Below the pieces are notes generated by a model. That model was not told the origin of the DNA, made no database searches, and was given only the letters and a program-made list of their open reading frames with translations. Source: Chiloscyllium plagiosum (taxonomy: Eukaryota). Taken from it: a stretch of 64,000 nt of DNA. This document shows, piece after piece, positions 49,293-61,120 of this stretch. The position numbers and the translations under genes were made by a program. Numbering within the stretch: the stretch's first letter is position 1; each line of letters starts with the position of its first letter. The stretch covers positions 51,845,414 through 51,909,413 of the forward strand of contig NC_057721.1 of assembly GCF_004010195.1 (NCBI RefSeq), in the 5' to 3' direction.

Positions 49293-51501
49293 AAGAAATA
49301 TAGGAACATAGGGGCAAGAATGGGCCATTCAACTCTATTAAGACTGCTATACCATTTAACAGGTCATGACTGCTCATTCACTTTGATGCCATTTACTTAC
49401 ACTATCTCTATATCCTTTTATGTCAATAGCATTTAGAAACCTTCAATCTCTGCTTTAAACATACTCAATGATTGAACTTCCACAGCTCTCTTGGGTAGAG
49501 ACTTCAAATAATTCACAACCTTCCGTGTAAAGAAAATTCTTCTCATTTCGATCCCAAGTGGCTTCCTTGCTATTTTGAAATTGTGTACTTTGGGTCTCAA
49601 CAGCTTAACTAGCGGAAACAAGTCACCTGCATCTTTTCTTCTGTCTCTTTAAGTATTTAATAGGTTTCAGTGAGATTGCCTCTCATTCTTCAAAACTCCA
49701 ATCTCCCCAATTCTCTTCATTGGACAGTCCCACTATCCTGGGAACAAATCTGGTGAAACTCCCTCTACACACTCCCTCTATATGGCAATATCTTTCCTAT
49801 CATAAGGAGACTGAAGCTGCAACATGTAACTCTGGTGAATTCTAACAAGGTTCTATACAATTCAAGCAAGACTTTGTTACTTCTGTACTCAATCTTTTAG
49901 CAGTAAAGGCTAATTTACCATTTGCCTTTTACCAATTTATAAATTGCTTGATGCATGTCCATATAAGTTTTCAGTGACTTATTGACAAAGACACCTAGGT
50001 TCCTTTTGTATATCTACACTTTTGAAATGCTTACCATTTAAGAAATACCCTGCTCCTCTTACAGAAATGAAAAAAAAAACGGAAAGGAAAAAACATACAA
50101 CATGACTGAATAAGCAAGAGGATAAGGAACATAGATCCCTTAAATAACAAAGCTGGGGAAATAATAATGGTGAAACAGGAGATGGCAGAGGAGTTGAAGA
50201 CACGACCAGCATTCCAAAATTGCTACATAATTGAGTGGCAAGAGAGGGAAAGGAAATAAATTCAAAAACTGTCATAAGAGAAAAAATACTATGGAAGCTA
50301 AAGACTAGTAAACTCCTAATGGTTTGCATATTAGGATATTAGAGGAAGTAACTACAAAGATGGTAGATGCACTGATAGTAATTGTTCAAGAAACCTTAGA
50401 TTCTAGAAAACTCATGGAAGATTAGAAAACTGCTAATGTAACAGACTTATTCAAAAAGGAAAGGAAACAAAAGCAGGAAGCTACAGGCCAGCTAGTTGAA
50501 CATATGCTATTGGGAATATATTAGAATTGATCACAAAGATTTTAATAACAAAAGCATTTAGAAAATCATAACAGAAATCAAGCAGAGTCAGTAGGGCTTC
50601 TTGAAGGAGAAATCAAGCCTATTATTATGCCTATTAGAATTCTTTGAGGAGGTAAAAATCAGAATAGATGATGGGGAGCCTGTAGATTTAATATTTTTTA
50701 GATTCCCAAAAGACATTCGATAAGGTACCACACATTAGGCTACTTAATAAGAAAAGTGCCCATGGGTGTTGAAGGTAGTACATTAGCATGGAGAGAGGAT
50801 TGGCAAACTAGTAGAAGACAAAGAGTTGGGTTAAGGGGTGGCATTTTCAGCATGGCAACCCTGAAACTAATGACAAACCACAAGGATCATTGCTGGACCC
50901 ATAATTATTTACAATATATATTAATGACTTGAAAGAGGAAAGTGAATATACTATTGTCAAGTTTGTCGAAGATACAAAGAATAGGTAGGAAGGCAAGCAG
51001 TGAGGATGAATCTACAGAGGGTAAGTGGGCAAAACCTTGGCACATGGAATATAATGTGGGAAAATGTGAGATCATGCAATTTGGCAAGAGAAGTTGAGGA
51101 GCTGAATATTGTGCAAATAGAAAAAACTACAGAAAACTGTAGTTCAGAGGGATTTAAGTATCTTTGTACATAAATGAGTAAATTTAAGTTCAGCAGATAA
51201 TAACAAAGACAAGTAGATTGCTAGGTACAGAAGGTCGTTTGTATGAGGAGAGATTGATTAGTTTGAGCTTGTAAACATTGAAGTTTAGAAAAATGAGAGA
51301 CAACCTGATTGAAACATAATGACTAGATACTGAGAGGCTGTTTCCCACTGTGACAGTGACTAAGACCAGATAGGAAAATCTCAAAGCAAAAGGTGGCCCA
51401 GTTAGGACAAAGATGAGGAAGACTTTCATCTCTCAGAAGGTAGTGAATATGCAGAATTCTTTACTGAAGAAGGCTGTAGATGTTGGGTCATTAAGCAATG
51501 A

Positions 51502-51662
51502 GGAGAAAGTGAGGACTGCAGATGCTGGAGACCAGAGTTGAAAAATGTGGTGCTGGAAAAGCACAGCAGGCCAGGCAGCATCCGAGGAGCAGGAGAATTG
51601 ATTCTCCTGCTCCTTGGATGCTGCCTGGCCTGGTGTGTTTGTCCAGCACCATGTTTTTCAAC
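51502..51662. mobile_element. Fold-back Neptune-type fragment with a 14-bp TSD, hammerhead core absent
   Basis: TCATTAAGCAATGA at 51488-51501 and 51663-51676. The arms meet at ggagaattgattctcc. Confidence 0.85.
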
Positions 51663-53271
51663 TCATTAAGCAATGATCACTTTACACTGTGCAGTCATTT
51701 GGCCATGCAGCTGCTTCAAGGTTCTGTACACTCTAATCAGTTTGCTGTGTCAACGCAGTGTTTTCTGGTTTCAGAAATCAATGTTATGCATAGATCTTGG
51801 AGACCTGCCTGTCAAAAGAGAAATGATAGGGAGTTTTGTTGTTAAATATATTCAAGGATGGGATAGACAGATTTTTAGTTAGCAAAGGAATCAAGGCTTA
51901 TGGGGAACAGGCAGGAAAATGTAGATGTGGATTATAAGGTCAGCCACGTTATCACTGAATGGCAGAGAAAATACTATGGGCTGAATAACCCCTCTATACT
52001 TTTATGTCTTGTAGTCCTTTATTCAGATAGGGAAGGGTCAGAATGAAACTACAGACCAGTTAGCTTAACAGCTTTCATTAAAAAAAATTAGATGCTATCA
52101 CTAAAAAAGTTATAACAGGGCACTTAGATATAATCATTCAGCATGGCTTTGTGGAAGGCAAATCACATTTGATTAGTCATTTGGTTTTCTTTACATGAAG
52201 AATTTACATGTATTATGGTTGAAGTGGAACCAGTGTATCTATGTTACTTAGATTTCCCGAAGGCATTTGATAAAAGTGTCACATTAAAGTTTGTTATGAA
52301 ATATAAATGGTCATCGTGTAGGCAGTAATACATTAGCATGAATAGAAAATTAGCGGTTAACAAGAAGCAGAGATTATGTATAAATGTAATGAGTGGTGTG
52401 CCAGAGGGATCAGTACTTCAACTACTTGTAAGTTATATAAATAACTTGAATGAAGGGAGGATAATTAAGTTTATTAATGACAGGAAGCTGGATGGAATGT
52501 AAATTGTAAGAAAATATAAGCAGGTCACAAAAAGGTGTAGATTAATTGAATGAGTGACAATCCACCAATTGGATTGTAATGTATGGAAATGTAAAATTCT
52601 CAATTTCGGCAGGAAGAATAAAAAAAAATATATTACTTCAATGATGAGAAATTACAAAGCTCTGAGATGCAGAGATCTGGGTGTCTTAGCACATGCATCA
52701 CAAAAGATTGGTATGCAGGTACAGTAAGTAATCAGGGAAGATAACAAATGATCTAAGTTATTATGATTGATATTGATATGAAACTAGGGATATTATGCTT
52801 CAGTTGTGCAGGGTACTGATGAGGCAACATCTAGAGTACTCTGCACAATACTGGTCCCCTTATTTAAGTAAGAATCTAAATACATTGGAGCAGTAGAGGG
52901 AAGGTGTACCAGATTAATAACTTGAATGGTGGCTGATCTTTGAGGAAAGATTAGGCAGGCTATGCTTGTACCTTCAGGAGTTTCAAAGAGTCACAGGCAG
53001 CCTGATTAAAATAAACGGTCGTAAACTCTTGACAGGGCAGCTGTGGATAGAATGCTTTCTTTAATGTGAGAATCTAGAATTAGGAGACACTATTTGAAAC
53101 TAAGGGGCTGCCCATTTAAAACACAGATTAGATTAACATTAGACGAACATTTTTCTCTTGGAAGGTCGTAAGTCTTTGCAACTCACTATCTATAAAGATG
53201 CAGAAGCAGAAACTTTGAAAAATTTGAATGTGGAGGGAGCTAGATTCTTGGTAAGCAAAGAGTTAAAAGGT

Positions 53272-53460
53272 ACAGCAGTTCAGGCAGCATCTGAGGAGCA
53301 GTAAAATAGACACTTCGGGCAAAAGCCCTTCATTCCTGATGAAGGGTTTTTGCCTGAAATGTCGATTTTACTGCTCCTCGGATGCTGCTTGAACTGCTGT
53401 GCTTTTCCAGCACCACTAATCCAGAATCTGGTTTCCAGCATCTGCAGTCATTGTTTTTAC
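53272..53460. mobile_element. Fold-back Neptune-type fragment
   Basis: acagcagttcaggcagc...cccttca-ttcc-tgatgaaggg...gctgcttgaactgctgt. Decayed TSD caaagagttaaaaggt / caagggttgaaaggt. Confidence 0.8.
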
Positions 53461-56400
53461 CAAGGGTTGAAAGGTTATCAGGGATAGGAATGTGGATTTG
53501 AGGTTACAGCCAGATCAGCTACGATTCTATTAAATGGCAGAGCAGGCTCGAGGGGCCAAATGGTTTACTCCACGTTTCTGTGTATTTACACATATGTTTG
53601 GACAAATAAAACCCACACCTTTCATAGCCATCAAATCTTGGAGTAGAACTCACAGTCTAAACTTCTGTCTCAGAAGCAAGGAAATGCCATTGCACAGCAA
53701 ACACTCTGGATAGTGCTGTACTTTCGCAGTGCAATAAAGTTTATAACCTTAAAAGGATTGTGAAAGCTCAGGCTTAGTAAATATGCTGACTGTTTGTTAA
53801 AAATGAAATTTGATTTCCTAACTTTTTTTCTTAGCTTGTAGAGCAATAGATTAATTCTCCTCTCAGGACTCAATAGCTTGTCTACCTCTTTGGTGGAACA
53901 ATGTTGATTAACTCCAGAAAAAAATTAAAAGAATGAATACAGCCATAGCTCAAATAAACAACATTAATGCCAGTTTTTATGTAAAAAAAGGTCTTGCAAT
54001 GATGGAATTTGAGGTGCCCCTTTCTCTTTCTACTAAAAAATTGGGAGATGACTTTGTTTGGATGATTAGTTTTGAATGAGCTAAAACTTTATTCTTTCTG
54101 TTCAGGTGTGACAAAACAATTTGATTTATTTGAGCTTCACCATTAATTCCAATTCATTTACTGCCAGCCTCAATGTCAAGAAATTGCACTCTCTTCCATA
54201 AAACAAATGTGAGAAATGGTGCCTACAAGACTAACCCCTTAACACTCACGTTTCTTATCAAGTTTTTATTTTATAATTTCTCAGGATCCTTATCAGTCTC
54301 TTAGGCAGTGAATCCTAAAGTAAGACCCATAAATCAGCATAGCCATGGCCATAAATGGAACTTATGCATTCACATTAAAGTATATTAATGGCATATATCT
54401 TTTGAGATATTTCCAATTTGATCAGTACTGAACTGAACTATGACACCTATCAAATGAGGATATCTTTGAGATATGGATCTCAGGTGGATATTTTTGTTGT
54501 GCAATGACAGAGAGTTAATTAATAATCTTGCTCTAAAGGATACTTTAGAAAAGAGTAAACTTCATATGATGGAATTTTAGATTAAGAGTGAGAGTGAAGT
54601 AGTTCAATCAGAAATAGGTTTGTCAATCTATTCAAAGGGAAAAATGAAGGTATAATGGGAGTCCAAAACTAGACGGCAGAGTTTTAAGGTGAGAGGGGTC
54701 AGATTTTAAAGCGATCTAAGGCACAACTTTTTCATGCAGAGGGTGGTGCATCTATAGAATAAGCTGCCAGAAGAAGTGATGGAGGCTGGTACAATTACAA
54801 CATTTAAAAGGCATCTGGATGGGTAAATGAATAGGAAGGGGTTTAGAGGGATATTGGCCCAAATGCTGGCAATTGGGACAAGATTAGTTTAGGATAACTG
54901 GTTCCCATGGACGAGTTGGACAGAATGGTCTGTTTCTATGCTATATAGTTCTATGACTATAAGGGAAGAGAATAGTAGGGAATAAGGAAATCAAAACTAA
55001 ACAAATTCTTTTAATATTTTTAAGGTAGTAATCAGTAAATTCTTGGTAAGCAAGGGGTGAAAGGTTATCAGGGGTAGGAATGTGGATTTGAGCTTACAAT
55101 GAGATCAGCTATGATCTTATTAAATAGCAGAGCAGGCTTGAGAAACCAAATGGGTTACTCCATGTTCGTGTGTATTTACATATATATTTGGGCAAATTAA
55201 ATCCACAATCTTACATTTTTTTAACTAGGTATTAGTTTCTTTGAGTTTCATGGATTGTTTCTCTTCACAAGGCCTAGCAAGTTTAATAGGTGCATCGTAT
55301 CAAATGCACCTTGCTAACTGTATGATCCACTCCTATGTTGCTCTACTTGTCTGAATCTAGCACCATTCTATTACTCGCAATACTTAGAACAACTCATTGC
55401 TACAAGGATATCCTGCAATGGACTGACATCCTGGAGCCAGCACCATCTTTAAAAGAACATTGAGTCCCAGCCAAGTACCATAGGTCAAGAGTTGTCTTGC
55501 ATGGGTTCCTGATATTTGCCTCAATATGGTAGATAAGGGAAACTGGTGTCAAGAGTGTGGTGCTGGAAAAGTACAGCAAGCCAGGCAGCTGGAAAGGGAC
55601 AAGGGAAACTGGTGCCCCACTTTACAGGCTATGCAAGTTATCCTGCTTTATTAGGAAAAAAAGACAGAATATTTCTTAAATAACAAGAGACTAGAAGAGT
55701 GAGCTTTAAAGACACTTGGATATCCTTGCTCATGAGTCTCCGAAAGTCACCATGCAAATACAGGAACAATTAACAAGACAAGTAATATGTTACCTTTCAT
55801 TACATGAGGCTTTGAGTAGAGAAGTAAAATTGTTTTGCTACAAATATAAAAGGGCTTGGTGAAACCATGGTATATTGTGTCATTTTGTGAATATTGGTTT
55901 TATTAGCTACTTGCCAGAGAGTGAAACAGAAGTTAAACCATTTAAATCTTGGATTAGAAGGATTGTCCTGCGAGGAAAGATTAAATGAACTGGGCCTACA
56001 TTCTCTGCAGGTTTGAAGCACGAGAAATTCTCATTCAAATGTAGAAAATTCTTACAGGGATTGACAGAGTAGGTCATGGAAAGCTATTTCCCCTGGCTGT
56101 GGAGTCTGGAACCAGGGGACATAAGCTCAGAATATGGGCTGGCCATTTAGGACTGAGAGGTGGAGGATTATTTTCATTCAGAGGATGGTGAATCTTTGGA
56201 ATTTTCTCCCTCACTGGCTGTGGAGGCTCAATCATTGAATATATAGAATTGTGGATATTAAACATTATGAGGTACAGGGATGGCAACTGAAAGTTGTATT
56301 AAAATAGAAGATAAGCCAAAACCTCAGTGGATGGTGGAGTCAGTTTATGAAGCAGAATATCCAATTCCTATTTCTTATGTCTTTTACAAATGAAGTTGAG

Positions 56401-56619
56401 GTAAAGATCAGTGCTGGTCTAATTGAATAGTGTTGACTGACGTTCTCCCATTTCCATCTTTTTAAGTAAGTATTATTTAACAGTTTAATTTTGACAATAT
56501 ACTTTAAATTTACTTCTTTAAATTCTTGTTAAGTGTTAAACATTTTCACATTGTGTTAGTTCCAAATTGCAACTCAATTCATAGAAGACATTTTCAATGG
56601 AAAATTACATATTTCTTAC

Positions 56620-56946
56620 CAGCCACTTGTAGCAAGACATCAGTTTCTTGTTTCCCTCCAGGCGTACTGACATAGCATTGGTACTCTCCTTCGTCATTCT
56701 TATTAAGTTTTGAAAGCTGAAGGGATGCATTTCCTCTCATTATCTCATTCTTAAAAAGCTTTGTTCTTCCTCTGTAGTTTTCATCTTGGTTCGATAGCTG
56801 ATCGCTTTCTCGATAAAAGCTGTGAATTACAATGGTGCCAGAGTGCAAAATGCGCATCCAGTGAAGAACTACTCCAGCTATAGGTGATGGTTGAAATTTA
56901 CATGGCAAAATGACTTCCTTGGAAATTATACCCATGATGCTCCCAT
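56620..56946 (-). CDS. HHLA2: HHLA2-like IgV domain 1 exon
   Basis: tcttttccttttag| ... G|gtaaga. DGSIMGIISKEVILPCKF...LHW...IHSFYRESDQLSNQDENYRGRTKLF...GNASLQL...DEGEYQCYVST, a classic B7/butyrophilin-type V domain. 327 bp, phase 1-1. Confidence 0.92.
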
Positions 56947-57891
56947 CTAAAAGGAAAAGAATATGCTTGAAATTTATGATCCAAATTTCAAAAACAGATC
57001 ATGTCAATTAACCATGAAGTGAATGTTCACCAGCAATAATTATGCACAGTGAGCATCACAATTTAGAGGGTGGCTATTGGAAAAGATTAAGATAACAAAG
57101 GTTCTGTGCCTAAACCTAGAATTGTGGCAAGTAAAATTGATTTATATTATTCCAGGAAGGCATAGATAACCTCTGGTTTCTTAACTTTACTGCAAAATTA
57201 TTTTCCTAAACTTCTTTCCTCTATTTCTCCGCATCTATATCGAAAAAAAAATGTGCAAAGCTCTTGGATTTCTTTGTTATTAAAATTGAGATCATTCAAT
57301 TAATTGCCTAAAATAACACGGCCCCCTGAAACCATTTACATCTCCCCCTTGCTAAACCCTATTTAAGATGTATTGTCTTGCCTGGTATAGTGTGAAATGA
57401 TTAGAAATCGACATATGAATGCCCTTTTGGAATAGACAGCCTGTCAGTTCCATTTAATGAAAACTAATCTTGACAAAGGTGTAGCCTCTTTTCTTTTGAA
57501 ATAAGGGTGTGACAAAATGCTAATATCTACCCTTCTAATTCCATTTTCCATAACCTTAATATTCTTTATTTTTTTAAACACGATCTAGTTCTCTATTAAA
57601 TATTTTATCAGAGTTGTTATTCTAACACCCCTCCAGATGTGCTAGTAAATAAAGAACAATGGATCCATGATTTTGAAACATACACTTCCCACCCTCAGTG
57701 AATATTCAGTAAGTAGTTGTGATCAAGCAGTGCTGATAATTCTAATTTTAATACATTGTGTAAAAAGATTCTGCTATTTTCCACTTTATTACAGTAATTT
57801 GTCCTTTATTTTAATGTGTTTATAGTTAATTGAACCCTCAGTAATTTTATAGCATAAGGCAATATGTAAATATCAGAAAAAAGGTTGTCAC

Positions 57892-58009
57892 CTGTAGTCA
57901 CAGTCTGCAGTTGCAAAATTCCAAAAACATAAAAACAGACTATTCCACATAACATTGTCGTGCTTCTTTGAGTTTTCAATTGGCTGTGTTTAAGTATATT
58001 TCCAAACAT
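57892..58009 (-). CDS. HHLA2: HHLA2-like signal-peptide exon (ATG at 58009, or in-frame ATG at 57955)
   Basis: MLCGIVCFYVFGILQLQTVTT followed by a phase-1 donor G|gtgaca. An upstream acceptor ttttttaacag| gives exon start 58080. The phase joins correctly to the IgV exon. Confidence 0.75.
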
Positions 58010-58541
58010 AATGTTGCAAGTAGAATCTTATTTCATTCTCAGTGAACAGGTCAGGTCATTCCTTAAGAATCATCATTCAACTGTTAAAAAAGGCCAAATT
58101 ATGAAAAAGATCACTGAAAAAATACTTCCATAGCACATAAGTTGCACAATATTCAAGAACATAGTGACTGTTGATTAGTTTATCACCAGCACTTGACCCC
58201 CACAGGAGACGTCTTCTTCAGTGTCTAGAATGAGTGGATTCTCTTTTTTTAAAGCAATGAATTCAGATATGTTATAACACACTCAAGAGCAGCTGGGGCA
58301 TCAGCCCAGATCTATTCACTGGGGTCAATTCACTTTAGAGAATTAATTTTATCCGTCATTACCTGGTTTGGCTTACATGTGACTCCAGACCAAAACAGCA
58401 ATGTGATCGACTCTTAATTGTCCTCCGGGCAAATAGGAAAGGGTAATAATTGCCGGCCTCACCAATGATGCCCATATCCCATAAATAAATCAACAAGGTC
58501 AGGACGGCAGGTTTAATATATGTGTGACTTAGATCAAGATA

Positions 58542-58758
58542 TGACTTGGAGATGCTGGTGTTGGACTGGGGTGTACAAAGTTAAAAATCACACAACAGCA
58601 GGTTATAGTTCAACAGGTTTAATTGGAAGCACATTAGCTTTTGGAGAGCCGCTCCTTCATCAGGTGGTTGTCACCTGATGAAGGAGTGATGCTCCGAAAG
58701 CTAGTCCTTCCAAATAAACCTGTTGGACTATAACCTGGTGTTGTGTGATTTTTAACTT
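58542..58758. mobile_element. Fold-back PLE-type fragment of a third family, with a hammerhead motif at the apex
   Basis: Arms aagttaaaaatcacacaac...ccttcatcaggtg / cacctgatgaagg...gttgtgtgatttttaactt. CAC CTGATGA A GGAGT-GAT-GCTCC GAAA G CTA GTC at 58672-58706. TSD acttagatcaa(g/a)ata. Confidence 0.8.
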
Positions 58759-59449
58759 AGATCAAAATAGGAAGTTGACAGTCTGGGCTGGCCACTAAAC
58801 CACCAGGTGTGATGAAATGAACATAACGCATTTTGAAACATTCACAGAAAATGTCATTCTTGATGGAAGCAAGGAAGGAAAAAGGGGGAAGGGAGGGAAT
58901 ATCGCAGAGAGGATACAAATGATGAGAGGGAAACATGCAAATGAATATTGTGCAGGAGGCTGATGATCGATGTTTTGAAACTGATGCGAGAGAACCAATC
59001 ACTGGGGCCAAAAGTGGAAGTTAGTGTTAAGGAATTTACTGGGAACATTGTTGACTAAGCAAGTGAGGAGTCTCATGGACAACTCAACTTGGAGTGTTCA
59101 CTGAAAGCAAAGAAAAAGAAGATATAAGGAGATGAAAGAAAGGGAAAGGTTTTTCACTTAAATAATGGCTTTCATGATCCGAAGATATTTCAAAGCGGTT
59201 ATGTACTTTCTTTAAGCAAAGTGAAATCATGATTGTAAGATAGGAAATCAGATGAATCAGAAGCTAAATATATAGCACGGTTTGTGTTAGTGTTTTGGCA
59301 GGACCCTTGTGGAGGTGGGATGTATTTGACATGAACAAGGAAGGTCAAGGAAACAGTAGCGGCAGCTAATTGGGTGATCTTTAATGATGAGTAAGAAACC
59401 CATAAATTCATTTTAAAGTCTGTTAGATGTGAGATTGGAAGGCTTAGAT

Positions 59450-61120
59450 AGAGTCATAGAGTCATAGAGATGTACAGCATGGAAACAGACCCTTCGGTCC
59501 AACCCGTCCATGCCGACCAGATATCCCAACCCAATCTAGTCCCACCTGCCAGCACCATATCCCTCCAAACTCTTCCTATTCATATACCCATCCAAATGCC
59601 TCTTAAATGTTGCAATTGTACCAGCCTCCACCACATCCTCTGGCAGCTCATTCCATACACNNNNNNNNNNNNNNNNNNNNNNNNNNNNNNNNNNNNNNNN
59701 NNNNNNNNNNNNNNNNNNNNNNNNNNNNNNNNNNNNNNNNNNNNNNNNNNNNNNNNNNNNNNNNNNNNNNNNNNNNNNNNNNNNNNNNNNNNNNNNNNNN
59801 NNNNNNAGCACCTCACATTTATCTGAATTAAATTCCACCTGCCACTTCAGCCCATTGGCCCATCTGGTCCAGGTCCTGTTGTAATCTGAGGTAACCCTCC
59901 GCTGTCCACTACACCTCCAATTTTGGTGTCATCTGCAAACTTACTAACTGTACCTCTTATGCTCACATCCAAATCATTTATGTAAATGACAAAAGGTAGA
60001 GGACCCAGCACCGATCCTTGTGGCACTCCACTGGTCACAGGTTTTTGAGCCAGTACTGTATCCAAATGGCTAGTTCTCCCTTTATTCCATGAGATCTAAC
60101 CTTGCTAATCAGTCTCCCTTGGGGAACCTTGTCGAACAATAAACAATAGACAATAAACAATAGGTGCAGGAGTAGGCCATTCTGCCCTTCGAGCCTGCAC
60201 TACCATTCATTATGATCATGGCTAATCATCCTCAATCAGCATCCTGTTCCTGCCTATCTCCATAACCCTTGATTCCACGATCTTTGAGAGCTCTATCCAA
60301 CTCTTTCTTAAACGAATCCAGACAGTGGGCCTCCACTGCCTTCTGGGGCAGAACATTCCACACACACACCACTAACTGGGTGAAGAAGTTTCTCCTCATC
60401 TCTGTCCTAAATGGCCTACCCCGTATTTTTAAGCTGTGTCCTCTGGTTCGGCATTCATCCATCCAGAGTGTTCAATCCTTTAATAATCTTATACGTCTTA
60501 ATCAGATCCCCTCTCAGTCTTCTAAACTCAAGGGTATACAAGCCCAGTCGCTCCAATCTTTCAGCGTAAGATAGTCCCACCATTCCAGGAATTGACCTCG
60601 TGAACCTATGCTTCACTCCCTCAATAGCCAGAATGTCTTTCCTCAAATTTAGAGACCAGAACTGCACACAATATTCCAGGTGCGGTCTCACCAGGGGCCT
60701 TTATAGCTGCAGAGGAACCTCTTTGCTTCTATACTCAATCCCTCTTGTTATGAAGACCAGCATGCTATTAGCTTTCTTCACTACCTGCTGTACCTGCATG
60801 CTTGCCTTTATTGACTGGTGTACAAGAACACCCCTTTACTTAACTTGACTCCGCTTAGGTAGTAACGCCTTACTGAAGTCCATATAGATCACATCTACTG
60901 CTCTTCCCTCATCTACTTCTTCAAAAAACTCAATTAAGTTTGTGAGACATGATTTCACGCACAAAGCCATGTTGACTATCCCGAATCAGTCCTTGCCTTT
61001 CCAAATATATGTACATCCTGTCCCTCAGGATTCCCTCCAACAACTTGCCCACCACTGAGGTCAGACTCACCGGTCTATAGTTCCCTGGCTTATCCTTACC
61101 ACCCTTCTTAAACAGTGGCA
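59450..61120 (-). mobile_element. CR1 RT region with a second CR1 3' end (about 60140-60840) nested in it
   Basis: [25 protein letters not shown]; PGNYRPVSLTSVVGKLLE; (AGTCATAG)n and (ACAATA(A/G))n tails. Confidence 0.9.

Larger units (their letters stand above)
49300..56390. mobile_element. Array of decayed CR1 fragments (about 49300-50060 -, 50140-52020 +, 52050-53580 +, 54520-55170 +, 55640-56390 +)
   Basis: Repeated RT remnants (YRPVSLT, DFxKAFDKV, YINDL, KCEIMQF) and 3' tails. Boundaries are approximate. Confidence 0.75.

Noticed and set aside
31728-58009. Assignment as VTCN1, CD276 or butyrophilin
   Set aside because: V-C-V domain order, no B30.2 exon seen, and adjacency to CIP2A fit HHLA2 better.
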